This document shows, piece by piece, positions 10,071 to 19,559 of a DNA stretch of 64,000 nucleotides. A program made the position numbers and the translations under genes. The DNA is taken from positions 15,805 to 79,804 of the forward strand of contig JAHBAT020000005.1 of assembly GCA_018499985.2 (NCBI GenBank). Reading direction: 5' to 3'. The notes beneath the pieces are model-generated. The model was given only the letters and a program-made list of their open reading frames with translations, was not told where the DNA came from and did not search any database. Each line of letters opens with the position of its first letter. Position 1 is the first letter of the stretch. Source of the stretch: Candidatus Moraniibacteriota bacterium. Its GTDB lineage: Bacteria > Patescibacteriota > Minisyncoccia > Moranbacterales > UBA1568.

Positions 10071-11054
10071 CTATACTTTTTCATATACTCGAAGCTTGGC
10101 ACTTCTCGATCTCGGATTGACTTCAAGCTCACTTTCACTTGCTGTCACTACTTTTTTGGTAATAGCTTTAAAGGTTGGCTTCACTCCGCAAATACAGATA
10201 GGAAATTCTTTTGGACAGACGCAGCCCTTAATTTTTGCCCTAAAAAACTCTTTGACTATACGATCTTCACCCGAATGAAAAGCTATAATAGCTACCCTTC
10301 CACCTTTCTTAAGTACTTTCTCTGTAGCCTCCAAAAACTTTTCTAGGCTTTGGTACTCATCATTAACCCAGATACGCAATGCCTGAAACACTTGTGTGGC
10401 TGGATGAATTTTTTGTTTCGCCTGAATCCAGCCCGGCGTAGCCCCTACCACTACTGCTGCTAGTTTTTCAGCTGTTTCAATAGGTTTTTTTCTATCTTCA
10501 TCGAGAATAGCTTTGGCAATCTGCTCTGCATAATCTACCTCACCGTACTCCCTAAGTATCTTTGCGAGTTCTTCTTTACTCACTTGATGCAAAAGTGTAC
10601 TCACCGGCACTCCTCGGCTCTGATCAAGACGCATATCAAGTGGTCCGCCATGTGTAAAACTAAGACCTCTTTGATTACTCTCTATCTGATCAGAAGAATA
10701 TCCGAGATCAGCCATGATACCATCTACAGAATCATTTACCTCTTCAGCAATTATTCTCTCAAGCTCGCTAAAATTAGCATGTGCTACTTTGAGCTGCTCC
10801 GACTCATATGCTCCCTGTAAGTCTGTATTTCTACGTACTTCTAGGAGAAAATGCTCTATAGCCGAAGCATCTTGATCAAGAGACAGAAGCTTCCCTGTCG
10901 GTGCAATTTGTTTCCAAATAGCCCGTGTATGCCCTCCCCCTCCTAAGGTGGCATCCACGATACTCTTCCCTTGATCAAGATTAAGTCCGACAAGCACTTC
11001 CTCCATCAGGACTGGCACATGCTTTGAAATCTCTCTTGTTTCTTTCATTGTCAA
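10071..11054 (-). CDS. rsmH: 16S rRNA (cytosine1402-N4)-methyltransferase
   Basis: HVPVLMEEV, DATLGGGGHT and DLGYSS motifs. It follows mraZ. Confidence 0.95.
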   Translation of the reverse strand: MTMKETREISKHVPVLMEEVLVGLNLDQGKSIVDATLGGGGHTRAIWKQIAPTGKLLSLDQDASAIEHFLLEVRRNTDLQGAYESEQLKVAHANFSELERIIAEEVNDSVDGIMADLGYSSDQIESNQRGLSFTHGGPLDMRLDQSRGVPVSTLLHQVSKEELAKILREYGEVDYAEQIAKAILDEDRKKPIETAEKLAAVVVGATPGWIQAKQKIHPATQVFQALRIWVNDEYQSLEKFLEATEKVLKKGGRVAIIAFHSGEDRIVKEFFRAKIKGCVCPKEFPICICGVKPTFKAITKKVVTASESELEVNPRSRSAKLRVYEKV

Positions 11055-11066
11055 AAAACTACCGAC

Positions 11067-11501
11067 TTAATAAATGCCAAGCTTTCCAAGCTCTTCTGCA
11101 ATTTTGCCTGTATTTTTTTCAGCCTGACTTTTATATTTATCCCATCGCACGCTATCCCAAATTTCTAGACGGTTAAACAATCCCACGATAGTGACATCTT
11201 TTTTGAGATCACCATCTTTTTTCAGGTATTCGGGTAAAAGAATTCTCCCCTGACTATCGACATCACAGTCCGTAGCACCAGCCAGCATAACGCGTATAAA
11301 ACTACGTGTACCAGCTTCACCTACAGGTAGCGTGCCAAGCTTTGTGGCGAGCTCTTCCCAAACCTTAATTGGATAGACAAACAAACAATTATCCAATCCA
11401 CGAGTCACAATAATTTTCTTCCCAAGCTCCGAACGAAACTTTGAAGGAAGCGCTAAGCGCTTCTTGGGATCAATCGTATGTGAGTATTCGCCGATGAACA
11501 T
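11067..11501 (-). CDS. mraZ: transcriptional regulator MraZ
   Basis: 144 aa with two SpoVT/AbrB-like halves, DPKKRLALPSKFR and DSQGRILLPEYL. First gene of the dcw block. Confidence 0.9.
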   Translation of the reverse strand: MFIGEYSHTIDPKKRLALPSKFRSELGKKIIVTRGLDNCLFVYPIKVWEELATKLGTLPVGEAGTRSFIRVMLAGATDCDVDSQGRILLPEYLKKDGDLKKDVTIVGLFNRLEIWDSVRWDKYKSQAEKNTGKIAEELGKLGIY

Positions 11502-11583
11502 ATGTTTGGTGAGAATTTACCTCGTGAAATATGACCGTGAGTCATTGCTTCTTTCGAAGTATTTCACTGAGTGAAGAAATTCC

Positions 11584-11600
11584 CCACTTTCATCCACTTT
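11584..11600 (-). promoter_or_regulatory. MraZ operator: two AAAGTGG boxes at 10-bp spacing
   Basis: Minus strand AAAGTGGatgAAAGTGG (plus-strand CCACTTT at 11584-11590 and 11594-11600). It lies between the mraZ promoter and the mraZ ATG. A degenerate in-phase box (cAGTGaa) sits at 11564-11570. Confidence 0.5.
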
Positions 11601-11616
11601 GGTTAACCTACTCACC

Positions 11617-11645
11617 ATTTTACTCCACAGAAAGCCAAAACACAA
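11617..11645 (-). promoter_or_regulatory. mraZ/dcw promoter candidate
   Basis: Minus strand TTGTGT (11645-11640), 17-nt spacer, TAAAAT (11622-11617). Confidence 0.45.
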
Positions 11646-11675
11646 CATCTTTTACTTATCCACCGCCAAAAATAC

Positions 11676-11704
11676 AAAAAAGAGCCTTTTTAAGGCTCTT
11701 TTTG
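11676..11704. terminator. bidirectional intrinsic terminator upstream of the dcw promoter
   Basis: AGAGCCTT-TTT-AAGGCTCT 8-bp stem flanked by A5 and T5. It terminates the GNAT/bcp unit on the minus strand. Confidence 0.6.
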
Positions 11705-11728
11705 ATTCTTTTTTATACTATTCCATGT

Positions 11729-12172
11729 CTATCCCTGATATAGCCAGTCTTCGGAAATGTTATCTTCACGCTCATCATAAGCAAAGCCATTTTTGGTCCA
11801 AAAGTTCTTCGCAGGCTCCTGTACCTGTGTAGCTACTATGTGCGGATAAGAATTTTCCTTAGCCCACTTAATAATTTTTTGAATTACCTCTGTACCCTCC
11901 CCTCTTCCGCGCACATCTTCCAATGCCTGATCTTTACGAATCGGTGTATTGGTCATGTTTGTAATAGCTACATCTGCGCCACTTTGCTCATCAAAAAAAC
12001 TCAGGTAAACCGAGACCATAGAGTCTTCACTCACAAAACGCAGGACAAAACTGTACACTTCACGAATACCCGGGGTTATCTCAGCACCCTCAAGCTCCTG
12101 CAATGATTTCAGAATTTCTTTTTCTTTTTCATTCAACTCTCTTGGCCGAAAATCTTCAAAACTATTTTTCAT
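11729..12172 (-). CDS. GNAT-like acetyltransferase (tentative)
   Basis: 147 aa. The C-terminal RGRGEGTEVIQKIIKWAKEN...FWTKNGF resembles the GNAT acetyl-CoA binding core. Weak call. Confidence 0.35.
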   Translation of the reverse strand: MKNSFEDFRPRELNEKEKEILKSLQELEGAEITPGIREVYSFVLRFVSEDSMVSVYLSFFDEQSGADVAITNMTNTPIRKDQALEDVRGRGEGTEVIQKIIKWAKENSYPHIVATQVQEPAKNFWTKNGFAYDEREDNISEDWLYQG

Positions 12173-12642
12173 TACTTTTTACTCAACCCTTTTACATCTG
12201 CCAACACCTCATCAGCGTGATCTTCTGGCTTCACCTTATCATAAACTTTCGCAATTTTCCCCTCTGGGTTAATGAGATAGCTTACCCGATTGGTACCCAT
12301 ATACGTACGGCCCATAAACTTTTTTTCGCCCCACACGCCATAGGCTTCAACAATCTTCTTGTCCTCATCCGAGAGAAGGGTAAATGGCAAGCTGTACTTC
12401 TCTACAAACTTAACGTGTTTCTTCACTGAATCCACACTTACCCCAATGATTTCAATTCCGGCTCGCTTGTACTTTGCAAAGCCGTCACGAAATCCACAAG
12501 CTTCCTTAGTGCAGCCCGGAGTATCGTCTTTCGGATAAAAATAGAGTATCACCCATTTGCCAGCATAGTCCTTGAGGCTCCGTACTACCCCATCCTGATC
12601 CGGCGCCTTAAATACTGGTGCTTTTGTGCCTACTTTTTTCAT
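12172..12642 (-). CDS. bcp: thiol peroxidase Bcp/PrxQ-type peroxiredoxin
   Basis: KAPVFKAPDQDG...VILYFYPKDDTPGCTKEAC active-site motif. Confidence 0.9.
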   Translation of the reverse strand: MKKVGTKAPVFKAPDQDGVVRSLKDYAGKWVILYFYPKDDTPGCTKEACGFRDGFAKYKRAGIEIIGVSVDSVKKHVKFVEKYSLPFTLLSDEDKKIVEAYGVWGEKKFMGRTYMGTNRVSYLINPEGKIAKVYDKVKPEDHADEVLADVKGLSKK

Positions 12643-12683
12643 ATTTTTTATCTTATCTATTTACAGCTATCAGTATACCAAAT

Positions 12684-14393
12684 CTACCAGCTTCCGCCGC
12701 CTCCGCCGCCTCCGCCGCCACCAGATGAACCACTACCAGAACTCCCTGGTGCAGCAGTTGAAGCGGTCATAGCCTGAGAAAAACTTTCAAAATCCTGAAA
12801 AAAATTACCGCTCATCATACTACCATCAGCACCCGTTGCCACATACCAATCCGGATTAGCATAGTGCAAATCTTCAAATTCTTTGAGCCATATTGCTACC
12901 GCCCCCAATACCATAGCATACGGCAGAAGACCACTAAATAGCTCTGGAGTTTTCTCAGGTGCATCATGAAATTCTATTCGAGCTTTCTCAGCTTTTTCTA
13001 TGTACAACTTGAGCCCTTCTAGTTGCTCTTTTGTTCTTACGCCCTTCTCTGTTTTTTGTGGACCAAAGTAAGCAAATATACCCCAAAAAATAACTGCTAA
13101 ACCAGCTCCGACTATTATAGGCATACTCCCAAAGAAAATACCTACAAACAAAAATATTATTGTTGTAATAATAGCTCTATGGTCTTTCCAAGAAAACGCA
13201 CTCTTTAGTCCCTCTCTAATTCTCTTATAATACTCCTCATCTTTGAGCGACTGCATAACACTCTCGCTAATAGCGGGGATTTCCTTATAAAAACTATTCT
13301 TCAGACTTGATAGACGTACTCGAGTCTCGCCTTTAAAAACTTTCTCAAGTAAAAGCCCATCAAAAGACTTGAGTGTATCGTTTTTTGATAGACGTTCCAG
13401 TTCATAATCATTGGTAGTGATTAATCCAAAGACGTACTTTTCTTGGTCTTGATGAATACGTATATAGCCTCGTGTAGCCAGACTCAATATCTCCGCTATA
13501 TACGCCTTGTGGTCTATCTGGGCTTCTGAGAGAATTCCTGATACTTCAAGAGGCGTCAGGTTGTCGGGCACTTCATATTCAGGCACTACCACATCACGCT
13601 CTTTGGGATCACGACCATACTGATACCAACGCCTATATGCATGCCAAGTAGTCCAAATAAAAATTCCCACCCCAAATAAAAGACTCATTACTTCAAAAAA
13701 CTGAGCGAGTCTTTCTCGTAGCGAGAATTTCTCAACCACTATTCCTTTGGTAAATCCCACTGCCACTGTCATACCTTCACCTGGATTGAGAATGCGCTTA
13801 GCTCCAAACTGGGTACCATTCTTATTACAAAGTTCCTGACTACCACTTGGGCCCTCGTAGCAACTTACCTGCTTCACTGTGGCGCCACCTGGAAGAGATA
13901 CTTCTGCAGTCGCAGAGAGAATTGGGAATGGCCAATTATTACCTGTGGTATTCCAATAGATTTCATCAAACTGCTCAAAATACCCCACTGCATGGGCGGC
14001 ACGGTACCTCATGATATAGGTCTTTTCACCAGAAAAAGTCTCGTTCGGATCACCTATTTTGAGCCTCAAGCTATCACCTTGTACAATTTCTTCAAATGGA
14101 TACGAATTCCCTTGTGCATCCAAAACTTCAATATCCTCAATCTTCATCTCCTTGCCCTGAGAAGATTCAGTTCGAATATCTCGATAAATACCATGTTTTT
14201 GTTCAGCTACTGCTGTCTGATACTCTAGAGTCTCTGTCACCAAAATACTTCCGTCTGTTTGCACCTCTATTTTGGTATCAAAAGAACGGATAGCTTCTCC
14301 CTGGAAAAAGTCTTCCTCAGCCCTAGCGTCAGTCGCAAAAAAGATGACACCTATGCTCATGAGGAACAATCCTTGTCTAAGGTAAGAACTCAT
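12684..14393 (-). CDS. DUF2207-like membrane protein with poly-Gly C-terminus
   Basis: 569 aa with a signal/anchor, an extracytoplasmic domain and mid-protein TM segments. The tail is GSSGSGSSGGGGGGGGGGSW. The architecture is recalled as DUF2207. Confidence 0.65.
   Translation of the reverse strand: MSSYLRQGLFLMSIGVIFFATDARAEEDFFQGEAIRSFDTKIEVQTDGSILVTETLEYQTAVAEQKHGIYRDIRTESSQGKEMKIEDIEVLDAQGNSYPFEEIVQGDSLRLKIGDPNETFSGEKTYIMRYRAAHAVGYFEQFDEIYWNTTGNNWPFPILSATAEVSLPGGATVKQVSCYEGPSGSQELCNKNGTQFGAKRILNPGEGMTVAVGFTKGIVVEKFSLRERLAQFFEVMSLLFGVGIFIWTTWHAYRRWYQYGRDPKERDVVVPEYEVPDNLTPLEVSGILSEAQIDHKAYIAEILSLATRGYIRIHQDQEKYVFGLITTNDYELERLSKNDTLKSFDGLLLEKVFKGETRVRLSSLKNSFYKEIPAISESVMQSLKDEEYYKRIREGLKSAFSWKDHRAIITTIIFLFVGIFFGSMPIIVGAGLAVIFWGIFAYFGPQKTEKGVRTKEQLEGLKLYIEKAEKARIEFHDAPEKTPELFSGLLPYAMVLGAVAIWLKEFEDLHYANPDWYVATGADGSMMSGNFFQDFESFSQAMTASTAAPGSSGSGSSGGGGGGGGGGSW
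12693..12719 (-). repeat. 9-nt tandem repeat (TCCGCCGCC)x3 encoding most of a Gly10 run
   Basis: Plus strand reads tccgccgcc tccgccgcc tccgccgcc at the 3' end of the DUF2207-like gene. Confidence 0.9.
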
Positions 14394-14414
14394 AGAAATA
14401 GCGTTATTATATTT

Positions 14415-15641
14415 TTATTTATCTTCGATATGAATATATCTTCTTCCTTTTAGTTTTTCGGGCAAATACTCCTGCTCTGCATCCTTCGCATCATTATAAT
14501 CTGGGGTATACTTATAGCCCTTACCATAACCTATATCTTTCATAAGTTTCGTCGAAGCATTACGAAGGTGAAGTGGCACTGGTTCATTAGGAAAATTTTG
14601 CACATCTTCCTTGGCCTTATTATACCCTACATACAAAGCATTACTTTTCTTGGAGGAAGCAAGGTAGACTACGAGCTGAGCTAGGTGCACCTCACACTCT
14701 GGCATCCCAAGGTATTGGCATGCCTGATAGGCGGCCGTGGCCTGTGGCAACGCAAAAGAATTGGCAAGTCCAATGTCTTCTGAAGCAAAGCGCACCAGGC
14801 GCCTTGCTACATAAAGTGGGTCCTCTCCTCCCTCAAGCATACGCGCCAGCCAGTACAAAGAAGCATTCACATCACCACCCCGAAGAGATTTATGCAGAGC
14901 CGAGATGATATTGTAGTGTTCTTCGCCACCCTTGTCATAAAGGATATGCGAGCGCTTCACTACAGTTTCCACAAGTGCGCTCTCAATCGCTTTCTTCTTC
15001 CCAAGCATTGTTACTGAAGCCTCGAGAATCCCCAAAGCCTGCCTGGCATCTCCACCAGAAACTTCTGCGATAAATCCAAGCGTATCATCACTAGCCTCTA
15101 CCTCACGCCCAAAATATTCTCTGGCTTTTTGAACTGCCTGTCTCAGTAAACCTACTAGTGATTCTACTGAGTGTTTCTCAAGAACCACTACGCGTGAGCG
15201 TGAGAGCAAGGCACTATTGACCTCGAAGCTCGGGTTCTCTGTCGTAGCCCCGATGAGAGTAAGTGTCCCTCGCTCTACATACGGGAGCAAACTATCTTGC
15301 TGAGACTTATTCCAACGGTGAATCTCATCTATAAAAAGAAGAGTCTTTTTTCCTACCTCTTTATTCTTCTCAGCAAGCTCGATAATTTTCCGCAGATCCT
15401 TGACTCCACTCCCCACTGCTGATAACTGAAAAAATTCTGCCTGAGTCGAGCGAGCAATCAAAAGGGCAAGGGTAGTTTTGCCACTTCCTGGTGGCCCCCA
15501 AAAGATAAGCGAGGGTACATGGTCTTGGTCTATAGCCTGGCGTAAGAAACTTCCCTCACCAAAAATCTTTTCCTGTCCCAAAAACCCCTCAAGAGTCTCG
15601 GGTCGCATCCGTTCTGCAAGTGGGACATTTTGATCACTCAT
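14415..15641 (-). CDS. rarA: replication-associated recombination protein A (AAA+ ATPase)
   Basis: WGPPGSGKTTLA Walker A, LFIDEIHRWNK Walker B and the C-terminal MgsA-type YKYTPDY region. Confidence 0.9.
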   Translation of the reverse strand: MSDQNVPLAERMRPETLEGFLGQEKIFGEGSFLRQAIDQDHVPSLIFWGPPGSGKTTLALLIARSTQAEFFQLSAVGSGVKDLRKIIELAEKNKEVGKKTLLFIDEIHRWNKSQQDSLLPYVERGTLTLIGATTENPSFEVNSALLSRSRVVVLEKHSVESLVGLLRQAVQKAREYFGREVEASDDTLGFIAEVSGGDARQALGILEASVTMLGKKKAIESALVETVVKRSHILYDKGGEEHYNIISALHKSLRGGDVNASLYWLARMLEGGEDPLYVARRLVRFASEDIGLANSFALPQATAAYQACQYLGMPECEVHLAQLVVYLASSKKSNALYVGYNKAKEDVQNFPNEPVPLHLRNASTKLMKDIGYGKGYKYTPDYNDAKDAEQEYLPEKLKGRRYIHIEDK

Positions 15642-15667
15642 GACTTTACTCAGTACTACTCCAGCTT

Positions 15668-18151
15668 TTAATAATCATAGAAATGTGCAATTCTTACATC
15701 CTGCCCAAGTAACTCCTTATAAACTTCAAAAATATCTTTCACTGAGGCTTCCACAGTAAACCTTCTCTTCATTTCTTTCTCGTAGGAGTCTACATCGTAA
15801 TATGCTTCGTCGGATACAAGTACTACCCGTAATTTTTCTGGTAAAATAAAATCTTTATCTGCGACAAAAGAAAAAGTAATTTGCTGATTGCCAGCAATAT
15901 CATATATTTCAAAACTACTTCCTTTCTCTAGGGCTGCATCCATTTCTCCTGTCAGGACCTTAGTGAATGGATGGTAGTGAGGAGCTTCTAAAACTTCAAA
16001 TGTCTTACCGTTATCACGAGAAATAATTGCCTGTATAATATCATCTTGTACCCCAAACTGCTTATGGGTAAAATAAGCAATTATTTTAGAATAACCTGAC
16101 TTAAGAGAGAGCTCTACTGTAAGAATTATCCTCCTCTCTATTTTTCTTATAAACTGACCTACTGTTATTGGAGTAGTCTCTTTGGTAATCCACACCTTAG
16201 AAATATACTGTGCAAAAGGAAAATCATACCAAGGATAGTCATACAAAAAGGCTCCGTAGTCTCTTGCTACTTCCTCTGCCACAAGATCTTCTGATACCTT
16301 CTTATAACCAGCTATATATTCCGTCAGAGAGCCCACCGTGTTCTCATATACTCCCTTTATGGCATTTTCTACAGTAAAACTTACACCGATAACCTTAAGA
16401 ACCATCCCATAATCGCCAGCCTCTTCGGGTGCTATTTTCTGCGTTACTATTCTGTATTGCCTCCAATACTCTTTAATGGAGAAAAAATAAGAAAATTGAG
16501 AGGGTCTCATAGCTACTAAAGAACGAGCATACTCTTCGGCACTGTACACTATGTACCATTCGGGTAAAGCAAGAATAGAGTTTTTATATGGTCTTATATA
16601 ATCATCACGGAGACCCTCTGTGTGGAAAATCTCTTGTCTTTGTTTGTAATATTCAACTTTATCCTCATCGTAATATTTATCCCACAGTTTATTCGTAAAC
16701 TTATTTGTAGGATCTAGCCTTTTCTTGATTTCAAAATATTCCAAAGCTCTTGGATATGCACGATGAAACTGATCATCTGTTGCATGCAACTGATATGGCA
16801 AATAGTATGTTCCGCCCACACTCAATACCTGGTCGATCATCTCCCTTGTCCAATTACCAACCTTTTGTATCGCCTCCTTATCAGTGTCTTGTTTATAGTA
16901 AACAACAAATGCAAAGCTTTCTGTTTTTGCCCAAGCTAACGTAGAGCCTGTATCAGGTAAAGCATGTCGAATAGAGACATTAATTACATTGACATCGTAA
17001 TCATTAAATACTTTTTTCATCTTCGGCACCCATTCGTCGAATTTTTCAACTGGCACAAAGTACTCCTGGAGGACATACGTACTTTTTGTTCTGTCTGATG
17101 GTTCTAGCTCAGCAGTATCATAACTCGCTTCATAATTTCTTGTATGCACTGGTGATTTTCCACTATACAGAAGTGGATCAATTACGTATTGTCGTATCTG
17201 TCTTCCAAAAGGCCATTCGCTCATTACTATCCATGCAGTTCGTTCAAGCCAGTAGTCTTTTTTTCTTGGAATAAGTCTACTCTCTACCGTAATAGGCTTA
17301 TCGGTCTTTACCCAGCTCACAGCAGAAATATGTGAAAAATCTGGCGGATACATGTCACCATTATGGAAGAGAACCTGACTATTATTTCTCACGTTATTGT
17401 TAAAAAAAGAAGCGTACTCCGATAAGGATACCCTTTCTTGAGAACGTTCTACATGCACATTGTCTTCCAATTCAAGGGTTACATCTGTAATCACACCTAT
17501 ACCTCCCATTCCTCCAATTGCAGCATAAAAAACTTCCTGATTTTCACTTGGAGAAGCCGTGACCACCCTACCGTCAGCCAATACCACTCTTATATTTTTG
17601 ACACTTAAGATAATTGGCCCGAGACCAATATACCGCCCATGCACATTTACAGATAATGATCCTCCCACCGTAAAATTAGAGTAGGTCTGCATAATCTTAA
17701 TAGAAAGGTCATACTCATCTATAGTATCCTGGATATCTCTCCAGCGTATCCCAGATTGGACAGTGATCTCTTTTTTTTCTTTGTTGAGAGAAAGAATTTT
17801 ATTGTATTCTCTCATGTCAAGCTGAACAGCTCTTTCACTTGCTGTCTGCCCTCCCATACTATTTCGTCCACCACCAACAGATACTCTTGGATATCTTTTA
17901 ACAGCATCCACTATTTCTTCTTCGCTATGAGGAACAACTATGTCCAAAACTCCTAATGGATTTAGCTCTGTTACATCATTGACTATCTTTTGTTCTGTAT
18001 TTTTTTGCTCGCGCTCCAGCTTACGTAAAACAGGATCTCCCTTAGTGGTAATAGCCAAGAAAACAAATCCTCCTACAAGCAAACAAAGGAATCCTAATAA
18101 AAATATACCGAAACCTCTTCTCAAAGAAAGCTTCTTGATATGTATGAACAT
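15668..18151 (-). CDS. membrane-anchored FAD-binding (PCMH-type) oxidoreductase fused to an uncharacterised ~330-aa C-terminal domain
   Basis: N-terminal TM (GIFLLGFLCLLVGGFVFLAI). FAD-binding region: VSVGGGRNSMGGQ...GGSLSVNVHG...AAIGGMGGIGVITDVTLEL. Residues about 500-827 show no motif I recognise. Confidence 0.7.
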   Translation of the reverse strand: MFIHIKKLSLRRGFGIFLLGFLCLLVGGFVFLAITTKGDPVLRKLEREQKNTEQKIVNDVTELNPLGVLDIVVPHSEEEIVDAVKRYPRVSVGGGRNSMGGQTASERAVQLDMREYNKILSLNKEKKEITVQSGIRWRDIQDTIDEYDLSIKIMQTYSNFTVGGSLSVNVHGRYIGLGPIILSVKNIRVVLADGRVVTASPSENQEVFYAAIGGMGGIGVITDVTLELEDNVHVERSQERVSLSEYASFFNNNVRNNSQVLFHNGDMYPPDFSHISAVSWVKTDKPITVESRLIPRKKDYWLERTAWIVMSEWPFGRQIRQYVIDPLLYSGKSPVHTRNYEASYDTAELEPSDRTKSTYVLQEYFVPVEKFDEWVPKMKKVFNDYDVNVINVSIRHALPDTGSTLAWAKTESFAFVVYYKQDTDKEAIQKVGNWTREMIDQVLSVGGTYYLPYQLHATDDQFHRAYPRALEYFEIKKRLDPTNKFTNKLWDKYYDEDKVEYYKQRQEIFHTEGLRDDYIRPYKNSILALPEWYIVYSAEEYARSLVAMRPSQFSYFFSIKEYWRQYRIVTQKIAPEEAGDYGMVLKVIGVSFTVENAIKGVYENTVGSLTEYIAGYKKVSEDLVAEEVARDYGAFLYDYPWYDFPFAQYISKVWITKETTPITVGQFIRKIERRIILTVELSLKSGYSKIIAYFTHKQFGVQDDIIQAIISRDNGKTFEVLEAPHYHPFTKVLTGEMDAALEKGSSFEIYDIAGNQQITFSFVADKDFILPEKLRVVLVSDEAYYDVDSYEKEMKRRFTVEASVKDIFEVYKELLGQDVRIAHFYDY

Positions 18152-18152
18152 A

Positions 18153-18548
18153 CTACTTAAGCTCTATTGATTTTATAGAATAACGCAAGGCTACTATTAC
18201 AAGAAAGCTAATACCTACATGAGGAATATTCAACAAAATATTATCAATCAATAGCTCCCCTACCAAAAGCCCATAGATAAGAAAAAATACTGCATCTAAA
18301 GAGTAGTACCCTCCAATGAGCATGAGATAGTACACTCTAAAACGATAGCCAGCCAGTAAGGCAGCTACACCTAATAAACCAGAAAGTCCATGAGTAATAT
18401 CATCAAGTAAAGATATCTTGAATAATCCAAACATCAACCACTCATATGGAACCTCTGTATCAATAAGTACGCCCGGAAACCTTTCAATTACGACAATACC
18501 AATAAAAAGTGCTGTCAAAAAGAGAGTTACGTACTTAGATATTCTCAT
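18153..18548 (-). CDS. hypothetical polytopic membrane protein
   Basis: 131 aa with 4 hydrophobic segments. Its stop abuts the start of the FAD oxidase gene. Confidence 0.5.
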   Translation of the reverse strand: MRISKYVTLFLTALFIGIVVIERFPGVLIDTEVPYEWLMFGLFKISLLDDITHGLSGLLGVAALLAGYRFRVYYLMLIGGYYSLDAVFFLIYGLLVGELLIDNILLNIPHVGISFLVIVALRYSIKSIELK

Positions 18549-18565
18549 AAGAATATAAAAAATAA

Positions 18566-19360
18566 TTATGACTTAATTATAACACCAACTGGACAATGAT
18601 CTGAGCCTATTACCTCAGGAAGAATAAAAGCATCTTTTACTTTATCCTTAAGACTCGCGCTGACCAAAAAATAATCAATCCGCCACCCGACATTTCGCTC
18701 TCTCGCTCCGCCCCAGTTTGTCCACCAAGTATAAAACCCATTCCCTTGCTTGAACATACGGAGCGTATCGACAAATCCTGCTTTGAGAAAATTTTCAAAG
18801 CCCATACGTTCTTCATCGGTAAACCCCTTGTTACCTATATTCTCTTTTGGTCGGGCTAGGTCATTCTCTGTATGGGCGACATTGAAGTCACCACAAAATA
18901 CTACTGGCTTCATTTTCTCGAGCTCTTGTAAGTGGGCAAGAAAGGCGGCATCCCATTTGAGACGCAGTGGTATGCGCTCAAGCTTGTCTTTGGCATTTGG
19001 TGTATAGCAAGTCACGAGATAAAAATCTTCATACTCAGCAGTCAGTACTCGCCCTTCACGCTCTGGATCACCAAATTGATCTTCAAGCGGAGCGTACTTC
19101 TCAGATACCTTAGGAAGAAAACCATTGATGATAGAAAGTGGTTCTGTCTTGGTAAATATCGCTGTACCACTGTAGCCCTTCCGCTCAGCACTATGCCAAT
19201 ACTCAATATAGCCTGGAAGATCTATCTCCACTTGCTCACGATGAGCCTTGGTTTCCTGAAGGCATACAATATCTGGATTGTGCTCTGCCAAAAATGGCTG
19301 GAAGAGACCCTTTCGTTCTACTGCTCGTATACCATTAACGTTCCAAGAGATGATTTTCAT
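18566..19360 (-). CDS. xthA: exodeoxyribonuclease III
   Basis: MKIISWNVNGIRA...CLQETK...GDFNVAH...SDHCPV motifs. Start moved to ATG 19360 (MKIISWN), the canonical N-terminus, rather than 19387. Confidence 0.9.
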   Translation of the reverse strand: MKIISWNVNGIRAVERKGLFQPFLAEHNPDIVCLQETKAHREQVEIDLPGYIEYWHSAERKGYSGTAIFTKTEPLSIINGFLPKVSEKYAPLEDQFGDPEREGRVLTAEYEDFYLVTCYTPNAKDKLERIPLRLKWDAAFLAHLQELEKMKPVVFCGDFNVAHTENDLARPKENIGNKGFTDEERMGFENFLKAGFVDTLRMFKQGNGFYTWWTNWGGARERNVGWRIDYFLVSASLKDKVKDAFILPEVIGSDHCPVGVIIKS

Positions 19361-19450
19361 ATTTACCCGGTGAAATACAATTTTCAATTGTTACAGCTTC
19401 GCTGTATTTCACTGGGTTAATTATGGCATTTTTAAGCTACTCTGACACTA

Positions 19451-19479
19451 TTGACTTTTTGTTATTTTAGGTGTATAAT
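19451..19479 (+). promoter_or_regulatory. near-consensus sigma70-type promoter for the 19560 gene
   Basis: TTGACT (19451-19456), 17-nt spacer, TATAAT (19474-19479). About 80 nt upstream of the ATG. GGGAG RBS at 19548-19552. Confidence 0.6.
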
Positions 19480-19559
19480 ATAATTTTGAAAGTGACTAAA
19501 GACACTGGATACAAGTTATTTAACTAGGAGCAAGCCTCCTCCACAATGGGAGTAAAAAT

